64,000 nucleotides of DNA from an uncultured Pirellulales bacterium. Lineage in GTDB: Bacteria > Planctomycetota > Planctomycetia > Pirellulales > UBA1268. Below are positions 17,058 through 25,583 of the stretch, one piece after another. Position 1 is the stretch's first letter; the number at the start of each line of letters is the position of its first letter. The translations under genes and the position numbers were made by a program. The notes beneath the pieces are model-generated. The model saw nothing but the letters and a program-made list of their open reading frames with translations. It made no database searches and had not been told where the DNA came from. The stretch is taken from NCBI GenBank assembly GCA_965662325.1, contig CBFIHW010000001.1:6204-70203 (forward strand). The letters are read 5' to 3'.

Positions 17058-17657
17058 TCAGAACGGCTGTCTGGCTGCGATTGCATCAGCCAACATGTCT
17101 CGATTTGCTTGTTCTAGAGAGGCTCCTACCGTCAGGCCCCGGGCGAGACGGGTGATCGTTACAGGTAGCCCGGCGAGACGAGTTGCAATAGCGAGTGCCG
17201 TACCATCCCCCTCAACATTTGGGGTTGTGCCCATGATGACTTCCTGAATCACGCCTTCTTTGAGTCTTGCCACAAGTGTGTTAATTGATAGTTGCTCCGG
17301 CCCAATTCCATCGAGTGGAGACAATCGTCCTTGTAGAACGTGATAGACCCCACGAAAACTTCCTGCCTGCTCAATTGCAAGGAGGTCTCGCACCTGTTCA
17401 ACAACACACAAGACGTTCTGATCGCGGCGTGGATCTTTGCAGATATCACATTCATCGTTTTCTGAAAGATTAAAGCAGGTTTTACACGGTCTCAAATTTT
17501 CTTTGACAGCTCGGATGCTTTCGGCAAATTCGAACGCCTCCTCATTCGGCATTTTCAGAACATGGTAGGCAAGTCGCTCAGCACTCTTTTTACCAATACT
17601 TGGCAGGTTTGCAAAAGCATCGATCAATCGACTGATCGGCGAATTCGATTGAGCCAT
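17058..17657 (-). CDS. recR: Recombination protein RecR
   Basis: It has the HhH LPSIGKKSAERLAYH, the C4 zinc finger CKTCFNLSENDECDIC and a Toprim domain (LCVVEQVRDLLAIE). Confidence 0.95.
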   Translation of the reverse strand: MAQSNSPISRLIDAFANLPSIGKKSAERLAYHVLKMPNEEAFEFAESIRAVKENLRPCKTCFNLSENDECDICKDPRRDQNVLCVVEQVRDLLAIEQAGSFRGVYHVLQGRLSPLDGIGPEQLSINTLVARLKEGVIQEVIMGTTPNVEGDGTALAIATRLAGLPVTITRLARGLTVGASLEQANRDMLADAIAARQPF

Positions 17658-19474
17658 TATGTTGCTCCGTTTTCTTCCGTATTGTTTTCTTCTGCTTCAC
17701 CTATGGTATGGTGCGAATTCACTGGTTTTCTTGGTGGATCAACTTTTCGAATAGCTGCATCAAAGATAGTCAGGGCATGACTTACAAGTGGGTTCTTTAC
17801 AGTCTCTTTTAGAAGACCGGCGGAAGATAAGGCTGTTTTCTTGAACGGTGTCGATGGTTTGTTGGACGACCCATTTTGAGCAGCAGTAGATCCCGACGGA
17901 TTTGTGGCTCCTTTTTCATGAAGGGCAACTGAATATCGGCAGGATTGGCCAGTGAGGGTTTCCAATGCGTTTTGAAACTTTTTAGTGATCTCGTTCCGAT
18001 TCAGAAAAGCAGTAGCGGATCCTGCTGATGCCGGAAACTCAATCGTAAAGTGATTTGCCTCTTGTGAGGCTGAGGTAGCCATGGCTGCAAAGTCGCTGGC
18101 AAGTCCCCCAACTAGTTCTCCTGCATTTCTCCAGATTACGAGAGGCTCACCGTCTGCACTCCCAAAAGTTGCCTTCTCTGATGTCTGAGAGACCGGCGTT
18201 TTTGCTTTGCCGCCTGAAAAGGTCGCGGATGCTGGCTCCTCTGCCTTGCCGACCTCTTGGTTAGTTGCTGGCTTCAGCTTTTTTTTTTCGTAACGAAGAG
18301 GCTGTTTTTTTTCGTCAGTTGGTTTCATCCCTGAAATTATTTCACTGAGATTGTCGAGATCTTCAAGTGCAGCAAGACGAATTATTGCCATTTCAGCGAG
18401 AACGGTTGTGTGCGTGCTCAGTCGCATTCTTGCAAGTGAATGGTCAATAATCTGAAGCATGGCAAGCACAGTTTCTGTTCCCGCTTGCTTGCCAAGTTCT
18501 ACAAAGTCAATGCCGAATGAAGTACTCCCAGTAAATGTTTCGGGCCCACAGCCTACGCTGGCAACTAAGCAGTTTCGGAGTGCAGTTAGCAGTTGCTCGA
18601 GTACGCCTCCAGGATCAGCTCCCTGTGTAAGGCACTCATGAAGTGCAGAAAGTGCTGCAGGAGAGTCTCGGTTGATAAGTGCTTGGGCAAGTTCACCAAC
18701 TTTTTCATCTTTACCGGTTCCGATAACAGCATGAACATCTTCAACCTCAATGTTCTTCTTGTCGCCAGCTGCAATTCCAAAAAGTTGTTCGAGTAGGGAC
18801 TGGCTGTCTCGCATGCTCCCAGCTGCTCGGCGAGCAATGAGTTCAAGTGCAGCGGGTGCGACTATGAGGCCTTCACTCTCGACTATTTGCGCTAGGCGTT
18901 GTGCTATGGCGACCGTATCAACTGACTGAAAATCAAATCGCTGACACCGAGACAGAATGGTGATAGGTAGCTTTTCTGGCTCTGTGGTGCAGAGTACAAA
19001 TTTCACATGAGGTGGCGGTTCCTCGAGGGTTTTCAAGAGTGCGTTGAATGCCTCTCTGGTAAGCATGTGAACTTCATCAATAATGTAGGTCTTGTGTTTG
19101 CCGTTCGCAGGCCTTACAGCAACGTTTTGTCGCAGTTGACGAATTTCATCGATTCCGCGGTTACTAGCTGCATCAATTTCAATTACATCAACGTCTTGTC
19201 CAGCGGCAATCGCTTCGCAGCGTTCACAAAGATTGCAGGGTTCACCAGATTTTCGGTTGGGGCATTCGAGAGCTTTGGCGTAGATGCGAGCTGCACTTGT
19301 TTTTCCAACGCCCCGGGCACCGGTGAAGAGGTAAGCGTGGCCAATGCGGCCAGAATCGATCGCTCCGGCAAGCCCACGAGCAACATGTTCTTGGCCGATT
19401 AAATCAGCAAATCGCTGTGGCCGATACCGGCGAGCAACAACCTGGTAGGCAGCCGGATCAGCCATTGCACTCAC
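17657..19474 (-). CDS. dnaX: DNA polymerase III subunits tau/gamma
   Basis: YRPQRFADLIGQEHV, Walker A GARGVGKTS, zinc module C..C..C, Walker B IIDEVHML and SRCQRF are present. The stop overlaps the recR start. Confidence 0.95.
   Translation of the reverse strand: MSAMADPAAYQVVARRYRPQRFADLIGQEHVARGLAGAIDSGRIGHAYLFTGARGVGKTSAARIYAKALECPNRKSGEPCNLCERCEAIAAGQDVDVIEIDAASNRGIDEIRQLRQNVAVRPANGKHKTYIIDEVHMLTREAFNALLKTLEEPPPHVKFVLCTTEPEKLPITILSRCQRFDFQSVDTVAIAQRLAQIVESEGLIVAPAALELIARRAAGSMRDSQSLLEQLFGIAAGDKKNIEVEDVHAVIGTGKDEKVGELAQALINRDSPAALSALHECLTQGADPGGVLEQLLTALRNCLVASVGCGPETFTGSTSFGIDFVELGKQAGTETVLAMLQIIDHSLARMRLSTHTTVLAEMAIIRLAALEDLDNLSEIISGMKPTDEKKQPLRYEKKKLKPATNQEVGKAEEPASATFSGGKAKTPVSQTSEKATFGSADGEPLVIWRNAGELVGGLASDFAAMATSASQEANHFTIEFPASAGSATAFLNRNEITKKFQNALETLTGQSCRYSVALHEKGATNPSGSTAAQNGSSNKPSTPFKKTALSSAGLLKETVKNPLVSHALTIFDAAIRKVDPPRKPVNSHHTIGEAEENNTEENGAT
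18261..18312 (-). promoter_or_regulatory. Candidate dnaX recoding/slippage site: A8 and A10 runs (the second containing A-AAA-AAG) with nearby stops in both alternative frames
   Basis: The minus strand reads GAC GAA AAA AAA CAG CCT CTT CGT TAC GAA AAA AAA AAG CTG AAG CCA GCA ACT AAC. T10 lies at 18279-18288 and T8 at 18305-18312 on the plus strand. The -1 frame reads GCT GAA GCC AGC AAC TAA (stop at 18261-18263). The +1 frame reads AGC TGA (stop at 18274-18276). Confidence 0.45.
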
Positions 19475-19549
19475 TGATTTAGAAGAAAAGGGAATAACGC
19501 ATTTGACGAGGGTTCCAAGACCCTAATTCCGCAGGATCTGCGAATTAGA

Positions 19550-19665
19550 GCGACTGCCGATGAGAGGCCCACCGCACAAAGAGACGACTGCTTATGGCTG
19601 CTGCGGTTAAGCCCTGACCAGGTTCGCAGGCCTCCATCGCAGGGGCCCCTCATCGGCCTCCGCTC
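19550..19665 (-). ncRNA. ffs: Signal recognition particle RNA (small/4.5S type)
   Basis: The reverse complement reads GCCGATGAGGGGCCC...AACCTGGTCAGGGCTTAACCGCAGCAGCCATAAGCAG...GGGCCTCTCATCGGC. The terminal helix (19556-19570 with 19642-19656) is nearly perfect. The domain IV motif resembles E. coli ACCAGGTCAGG..GGAAGCAGCCAAGGCAG. It occupies the classical position upstream of dnaX. The exact ends are uncertain. Confidence 0.8.
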
Positions 19666-19719
19666 TTCTTTAGTTTTACGTCCTTCTCGCGGTTGGGTAA
19701 AGGCTGCTACATTCCTGAC

Positions 19720-22302
19720 ATGGCTTCCCCCATGATGCAACAATTTGAGGCGGCGAAGGCCCGTTGCCCGGGCGCTCTGGTACTGTTCCGGATGGGGGAC
19801 TTTTATGAACTTTTTGGAGAAGATGCAAAACGAGCAGCGGAACTACTCGACCTCACTCTTACCAGCAGAGACAAGGGACCAAATGCAACCCCTATGGCTG
19901 GCTTTCCACACCATCAGCTAGATCCACAACTTGTGAAGCTTGTTGCGGCTGGAGAGCACGTCGCAATTTGTGAACAAATAGATGACCCAAAAACAACAAA
20001 AGGTCTTCTGCGGCGTGAAGTGACACGGATTGTTACGCCGGGTATCGCCTCGGACGAATCGTTACTTCAGCCTGATAGAGCAAACCATCTTGTGGCGCTT
20101 GCGCCTGAGGTTTTCCTGTCTCAAGAGAATCCCCGCAAAGAGTTGCTTGAGCGTGACGTGACTGTTGGGATTGCATGGATTGATGTGTCCGTTGGTCGGT
20201 TTCAGGCAGCAGTTCGGAACCTTGAAGAATTGAAAGATCATCTGTTGAGGCTTGATGCATCTGAGATACTTTGTAGTCAACGAGATCGGTCGTATATAGA
20301 AAAAATTCTTTCTGAATCCGGAATCAAAACAGTCTTGACTGTACGGCCGGAATGGTGGTTTGAGGATAAACAGGCTGAAGCAAAGGTAACCTCGGCAATT
20401 GGTAGCCTTCGGTTCGATGGGCTGGGTTTTAATTTGCCAGATGAACAGTTAGCAATCACTGCGGCTGGAGGAATCCTTGCGTATCTCGAGGAAAATGAAC
20501 CAGCAGCAATTGGTCGCATTAAGACTCTTGCAGCCTGGAGGTCCGGGTCGCGAATGGAGATTGATGAAGCGACCCGGCGGAGTCTGGAGCTTGTACAAGG
20601 TTCTTCTCAGTCTGGAAATCGTCGAGACGGTTCGCTGGCTGGTGTTTTCGGCAAAACACGTTCCGCTATGGGGAGCCGGCTTCTGGTCGATTGGCTCAGT
20701 GCTCCTCTGGTTGAGAAGACTGCAATTGAGGAGCGAATAGACGCAGTTGCCGTTCTTGTAAATCACCCTGGTATTGCTAGTCAACTAACAGCAACGCTTC
20801 AGGGCGTCGGTGATATTGAGCGATTGATAGGACGTGTTATGTCCGGTCGGGCAGGACCGCGAGACATCGAGCGAATCGGTCACGTCACCAAGATTCTGCC
20901 GGAATTAATCACACTGCTTGGTAAAGCGGGGGCACTTGTGGCACCAGATGCACCAAACGGTTCTACGCTGCTTGCTAATTTTGGTGATCATCTTGATCCA
21001 TGTCTCGACCTCTCAAAGAAAATCATGGCAACCCTGCGTGATGGCTGCCCGACGTTTGCTCGTGACGGGGGTTTTATTCGGCCGGGATTTGATAGTCGCT
21101 ACGATGAGTTCGTCGAACTCGCGACGGGCGGAAAGGCGTGGATTACGAAGTATCAAGCCTCTGAGAGTGAGCGGACGGGCATTCCAAAACTGAAAGTTGG
21201 GTTCAACCGTGTATTCGGATTTTTCCTGGAAGTTGGTCGAGGCTATTCAGACAAAGTGCCATCCGAATATGTTCGTAAGCAGACCGTAAAAAATGCTGAA
21301 CGATATACGACACCAGAGCTAGATGAACGGCAGCGACAAGTTCTTGGTGCTGAGGAAGAGGGTATTCGTCGTGAACTGGAACTCTTTGAGGATTTACGAA
21401 CCTTTGTAGCACAGCATCGAGAGCGTCTTGATGATGTTGCGGAGCAGGTAGCAACAGTTGATGTACTCCTGACCTTTGCTGATGTGGCGAGGTCACGTCG
21501 ATGGGTCCGAGCTGACGTTTCCAATGACTCAGTACTTGCTATTGACCAGGGGCGGCATCCAGTACTTGAGCACTTGCTGCCTGCAGGCACGTTGGTGCCG
21601 AATGATCTATCGCTTGTTGGGAGACATGTGGAAGGTGCTGGAAAAAATTCTCTTCCTTCAATCTTGTTGGTTACCGGACCAAATATGGGTGGAAAAAGCA
21701 CGTTTATTCGGCAGGCCGCGTTACTCACGGTCCTAGCTCAGGCAGGCTCGTTTGTGCCGGCAAAGGCAGCGAGAATTGGAATAGTTGACAGATTGTTTGC
21801 CCGAATTGGGGCTGGTGATGATCTTGCCAGTGGCGCGAGTACGTTTCTCGTTGAGATGTCGCAGACAGCACGTATTCTCAACAGAGCTACTGAGAAAAGT
21901 CTGGTTATTCTGGACGAAGTTGGTCGGGGGACAAGCACATTTGACGGGCTCGCTTTGGCTCAGTCTGTCGTTGAGTACCTCTATAAAAAACTGTGTTGCA
22001 GAACTTTGTTCGCAACGCATTACCTTCAGCTCGCAGCGCTCGAGAAATACGCAGGTGTCGCGAATGCCCAAGTGCTTGTCGAGCAGCATGAAGGACAGCT
22101 GATTTTTCTTCATCAGGTTACTTCAGGTGCTGCAGATAAAAGTTGGGGGGTGCATGTCGCCAGGCTTGCTGGCGTTCCCGATGCTGTGATACATCGAGCC
22201 AGAGATCTGTTACTTGTCTACGAAACTGGCGGAACGCAGAAGTCCTCGAAATTAAAACGTTCTCACGATTCAAGTGACGCGCAGTCACTTTTGTTTGACT
22301 GA
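19720..22302 (+). CDS. mutS: DNA mismatch repair protein MutS
   Basis: MMQQFEAAKARCPGALVLFRMGDFYELFGEDA, Walker A GPNMGGKSTFIRQ and DEVGRGTSTFDG are present. I preferred the ATG at 19720 to the TTG at 19693. Confidence 0.95.
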   Translation: MASPMMQQFEAAKARCPGALVLFRMGDFYELFGEDAKRAAELLDLTLTSRDKGPNATPMAGFPHHQLDPQLVKLVAAGEHVAICEQIDDPKTTKGLLRREVTRIVTPGIASDESLLQPDRANHLVALAPEVFLSQENPRKELLERDVTVGIAWIDVSVGRFQAAVRNLEELKDHLLRLDASEILCSQRDRSYIEKILSESGIKTVLTVRPEWWFEDKQAEAKVTSAIGSLRFDGLGFNLPDEQLAITAAGGILAYLEENEPAAIGRIKTLAAWRSGSRMEIDEATRRSLELVQGSSQSGNRRDGSLAGVFGKTRSAMGSRLLVDWLSAPLVEKTAIEERIDAVAVLVNHPGIASQLTATLQGVGDIERLIGRVMSGRAGPRDIERIGHVTKILPELITLLGKAGALVAPDAPNGSTLLANFGDHLDPCLDLSKKIMATLRDGCPTFARDGGFIRPGFDSRYDEFVELATGGKAWITKYQASESERTGIPKLKVGFNRVFGFFLEVGRGYSDKVPSEYVRKQTVKNAERYTTPELDERQRQVLGAEEEGIRRELELFEDLRTFVAQHRERLDDVAEQVATVDVLLTFADVARSRRWVRADVSNDSVLAIDQGRHPVLEHLLPAGTLVPNDLSLVGRHVEGAGKNSLPSILLVTGPNMGGKSTFIRQAALLTVLAQAGSFVPAKAARIGIVDRLFARIGAGDDLASGASTFLVEMSQTARILNRATEKSLVILDEVGRGTSTFDGLALAQSVVEYLYKKLCCRTLFATHYLQLAALEKYAGVANAQVLVEQHEGQLIFLHQVTSGAADKSWGVHVARLAGVPDAVIHRARDLLLVYETGGTQKSSKLKRSHDSSDAQSLLFD

Positions 22303-23196
22303 TTGATTGCGACTGATGCGAGGCTTTGAGTCGAAGTGCTGGCGAACGGTATTTAGTATTGCAGTCGATATGTTTTCCCGTGTCACTGTTTGAAGTGCCT
22401 GCCAACCGGGGACCGCATTCACTTCAAGTATCCATGGCGATCCATCACTACCAGGCAATATGTCAACGCCAGCAATGGTAGCCCCAACTGCACAAGCAGC
22501 TGAATGAGCGAGTTGGAGCCAGTCTTTCGGCGGAGTAAATAGCTCAGCTCGTCCACCACACGAGATGTTTGTCCGCCATTCTCCATCTGCGGCAACTCGT
22601 TTCATCGCAAATGCATCTGATCCAACAATAAGAATACGTGCATCCCACCCAGCATTGGCAATGTACTCCTGGGCTATTGCCACACCGGTTTCAGAAAAAA
22701 AAGGAGGAGCCTGTTTTGTATCACCATCAAACTGGACGAGTCCTTGGCCGTTCGATCCAAAAATAGGTTTGAGCACTACAACGCCACCGAATTCATCAGT
22801 ACAGCTTTTGAGATCTGTCGGCAACTGGACGATCGCCGTTCGGGGTACGGGTATTCCAGCATCCATGAGCCGAGTGGTGGTTAGATATTTATCAATCGCT
22901 GACTCCAGTGATTTTGGATTGTTGATTACAACGCGGCCTCTGTTGGAAAGTCGTGTGAGGAGGTCCATGCGGGTGATAACCTGCTCAAGTGTTCCTGTAG
23001 GCATTGTGCGGACCAAGACCGCATCTGAGTTGTGAAGAGAATCAGGACGAAATCGTTCCTTACGGCTGTCGGCGATAGAGCCTATTGTCCCCCAATCAAT
23101 TACAAAGCCGCAGATGTTTTCAGACGAGCACGCCCTAAGCAGTTCGGCGACATGCCAACTCTTGGCCGACCCTAGTATGGCGAGCGACGAAAACAT
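22285..23196 (-). CDS. RimK-type ATP-grasp alpha-L-glutamate ligase, MptN-like (H4MPT:glutamate ligase family)
   Basis: VVLKPIFGSNGQGL, the ATP-grasp motif WILEVNAVPGW and the ~300-aa RimK size fit this family. It lies directly downstream of mch on the same strand. The MptN role is inferred from context. Confidence 0.7.
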   Translation of the reverse strand: MFSSLAILGSAKSWHVAELLRACSSENICGFVIDWGTIGSIADSRKERFRPDSLHNSDAVLVRTMPTGTLEQVITRMDLLTRLSNRGRVVINNPKSLESAIDKYLTTTRLMDAGIPVPRTAIVQLPTDLKSCTDEFGGVVVLKPIFGSNGQGLVQFDGDTKQAPPFFSETGVAIAQEYIANAGWDARILIVGSDAFAMKRVAADGEWRTNISCGGRAELFTPPKDWLQLAHSAACAVGATIAGVDILPGSDGSPWILEVNAVPGWQALQTVTRENISTAILNTVRQHFDSKPRISRNQSVKQK

Positions 23197-23203
23197 TATG
23201 GAA

Positions 23204-24220
23204 TTAACCGGTAGCTGAGAACGATCGTTCGACTATATCTGGTGATACTAAACCAAATGTATGGTGGCGACCGGAGTCAAGGTTTCTCAACTCCAGTACC
23301 GCTGGCGCAAAGAGTGCTGGATCAAGTGCATAGAAGTCTTGGTTTGCCTGTTTGAACAAAACAGAAAATAATTCACCATGGAGATTTGAATGGCTACTGA
23401 CAGCATGAGGACCAATAGCCTCTAGGCTTTCATCATCACCGATTACGTCAAGTCGTACGACACCACCGTAAAGAATCGCATCGTTCGTACAGCCAATTGC
23501 GGCAAGTGATTCTTGCGTCTCGGGCGGAAGGGGGGCGACTCCAGTGCCTCGAACAATGCGTTCTAGATCAAAACCGCACTCATGAAGTTGGTGAAGTGCT
23601 GTTTCCAGCGATCGAGCAATGACCTGAACCATTCCGGCCGGACTCTCTGTCGCGGCGACCAGTAATGTGAGAGCGTGAGCAGGAAGGCCGGCTAGGGAGG
23701 CGAGTTCCTGACAGACAGTTTCTGGAGGTAGTTGATTGGTTTCGAGCAAACCGACCGTTGCTGCCGGTTGTTCTCGGCGACCAATCGCTTCAAAAAGTTT
23801 TTCTTTTCCGATTGCCGCGCGAATTGGTCCACTTGCCATTGCTTTGAAGTTCTCATGGTCAATCTGCCAGCCTGCATACTGCGAGGCGAGGCATGCGGAT
23901 ACGGGATCATTTGAATATACTTGAACAAGGGGCCATGGGCACTCCGGCCAGACGGCTGAAAGCGATAGTGAGCTAGCCTTGGTACTCAATTCGGTTTTTC
24001 CTCGGCCACCCATCGCGACGTCAGCCATAATAACGCCAAGTTCCGCTGTTCCTTGCGCTTCCACACCACAGTCAAGAATTCGTGTGCCAGAACAGTCGGC
24101 GATAGCTGCTAGGTATTTTTCCGGTGAGGCAAGAAGCCCACGAAGGCATAGCGATGCTCCATCACTCAGTGAATTTACGGCATGTGAAGGACTGCTTGTT
24201 GGAGTCTCTGTATTATGCAA
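23204..24220 (-). CDS. mch: Methenyl-tetrahydromethanopterin cyclohydrolase
   Basis: It is colinear with bacterial Mch: DPVSACLASQYAGWQI, MASGPIRA, LLVAATESPAGMVQVIARSLETALHQLHECGFDL, GCTNDAILYGGVVRL and DFYALDPALFAPA. Confidence 0.85.
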   Translation of the reverse strand: MHNTETPTSSPSHAVNSLSDGASLCLRGLLASPEKYLAAIADCSGTRILDCGVEAQGTAELGVIMADVAMGGRGKTELSTKASSLSLSAVWPECPWPLVQVYSNDPVSACLASQYAGWQIDHENFKAMASGPIRAAIGKEKLFEAIGRREQPAATVGLLETNQLPPETVCQELASLAGLPAHALTLLVAATESPAGMVQVIARSLETALHQLHECGFDLERIVRGTGVAPLPPETQESLAAIGCTNDAILYGGVVRLDVIGDDESLEAIGPHAVSSHSNLHGELFSVLFKQANQDFYALDPALFAPAVLELRNLDSGRHHTFGLVSPDIVERSFSATG

Positions 24221-24265
24221 CGGGTGATGATATGGTAAGGGGAGGTTGGTGACGGTGAATGCGAT

Positions 24266-24297
24266 ATGGTCGGTGTGGGAATACCTGTCCCGACCAT
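24266..24297. promoter_or_regulatory. Inverted repeat ATGGTCGG-N16-CCGACCAT in the mch / dtxR-family divergent intergenic region
   Basis: The 8-bp perfect arms lie at 24266-24273 and 24290-24297. It is a candidate operator or RNA hairpin and does not resemble the classical DtxR/IdeR box. Confidence 0.2.
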
Positions 24298-24394
24298 GCG
24301 TTTATCAAGACGGTATGTTGGGTGGTTTCAAGTAATGTCGCACTCCGCGTAGCATTAGTGTACACCGAGTATTCTTATTTTTCCGGAGATTGTT

Positions 24395-25072
24395 GTGCCA
24401 AGCCTTACGGTGGAAAATTACATCAAAGCGATATATCAAATCTCTGTCCAGCAGGATAAGAAGCCTGTGACTACCGGACAATTAGCCACAGCTCTCGGGG
24501 TAGCACCAGGCACTGTAACGAGCATGCTGAAAACGCTGAATACCGCTGGGCTTGCTCGCCATACTCCGTATGAAGGTGTTTCGCTATCACGGACTGGCCA
24601 AGTGCTTGCGTTACGAATGATTCGTCGCCATCGACTTATTGAACAGTTTCTCGTTCAGACGCTTTCAATGAACTGGGACGAGGTCCATGATGAAGCTGAG
24701 CATATGGAGCATGCTGTCAGTGATCTACTCGTTGACAGAATCGATGAGTACCTCGGAAGGCCTGAAGTGGATCCGCATGGTGATCCAATTCCTCGGGGTG
24801 CGACAGAATCTGTTCCAGACCGAATGAATGAGTATCATACGCTGTCGACTTTTCCTACAGGTGTCAGTTTCCGTGTGGCTCGAGTGCTTGATCAATCACC
24901 CATCTTTTTGAGATACCTTGCAGAAACCGGACTGGTCCTTGGTTCGAGTGGTCATGTTGAGGAAACGGGAAATCCTACAGGTGTGCTCTATATCCGAGTT
25001 AATGATTCTATTGTTACGCTTGCGCGTGAAGCTGCAAGCAACCTGCTCGTTGAAGAAGTAACTATTCCATAA
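24395..25072 (+). CDS. DtxR/IdeR/MntR-family metal-dependent transcriptional regulator with a C-terminal FeoA/SH3-like domain
   Basis: ENYIKAIYQI......V.TGQLA.ALGV.PGTVTSMLK.L...GL..H.PY.GV.L...G...AL..IRRHRL.E.FL...L...WDEVH.EAE..EH..S......ID..LG.P..DPHGDPIP matches the family. The start is GTG. Confidence 0.85.
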   Translation: MPSLTVENYIKAIYQISVQQDKKPVTTGQLATALGVAPGTVTSMLKTLNTAGLARHTPYEGVSLSRTGQVLALRMIRRHRLIEQFLVQTLSMNWDEVHDEAEHMEHAVSDLLVDRIDEYLGRPEVDPHGDPIPRGATESVPDRMNEYHTLSTFPTGVSFRVARVLDQSPIFLRYLAETGLVLGSSGHVEETGNPTGVLYIRVNDSIVTLAREAASNLLVEEVTIP

Positions 25073-25571
25073 GCATTTGGTTTTCCCAGGCTGCCGACTG
25101 GCCAAAGCATTCGTCGACCTCAATGCGAATGTTTCTTGTCTGTGAATAGTTATTTTGTTTCAGAATCTGGATTAGCTCGTTCCCGATCCATTCTGCCAGC
25201 AATTCAGCAGTGGTATTGGCAAGAGGAAGGAGTCTGCATTCGTCTGCAGGGAAAACCCACCGACGTTCTCCAAACTTCACGAGAACTTCGTCTTGCCCGT
25301 TTTCGGTTTGCGTGGTGACTTGAAGGAAGGTGTTATCCGTTGGAAGTAGCATGCAGTGGTCAAGCTGGGAAATAATTTCCGTAAGCGTGTCCCTCAGGAA
25401 AATGAAATCGATTACCATCCCGTGGTTATCTGGAACTCCTGAGATCGAGCAGGAAACAGTCCAGTTATGGCCATGCACTGCCTCACAGATTTCATCGGTA
25501 AGAGTAATGAAGTGGCCCGCTGAAAAAACATGCACTGCTTTTTCTAAAGAAACGGAATAGGAGTCTGTCAT
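25062..25571 (-). CDS. 6-pyruvoyl-tetrahydropterin synthase / QueD-family protein
   Basis: FSAGHFI...CEAVHGHNW (Cys plus an HGH zinc triad) and the 169-aa size fit this family. It is operonic with the CitG-like gene. Confidence 0.75.
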   Translation of the reverse strand: MTDSYSVSLEKAVHVFSAGHFITLTDEICEAVHGHNWTVSCSISGVPDNHGMVIDFIFLRDTLTEIISQLDHCMLLPTDNTFLQVTTQTENGQDEVLVKFGERRWVFPADECRLLPLANTTAELLAEWIGNELIQILKQNNYSQTRNIRIEVDECFGQSAAWENQMLME

Positions 25572-25583
25572 GTGAATCGGTCT

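Noticed and set aside
19471-19743. A 90-codon minus-strand ORF between dnaX and mutS.
   Set aside because: The region is explained by the SRP RNA (conserved domain IV motif and terminal helix). The ORF translation is Arg/Ser/Gly-rich with no motif.
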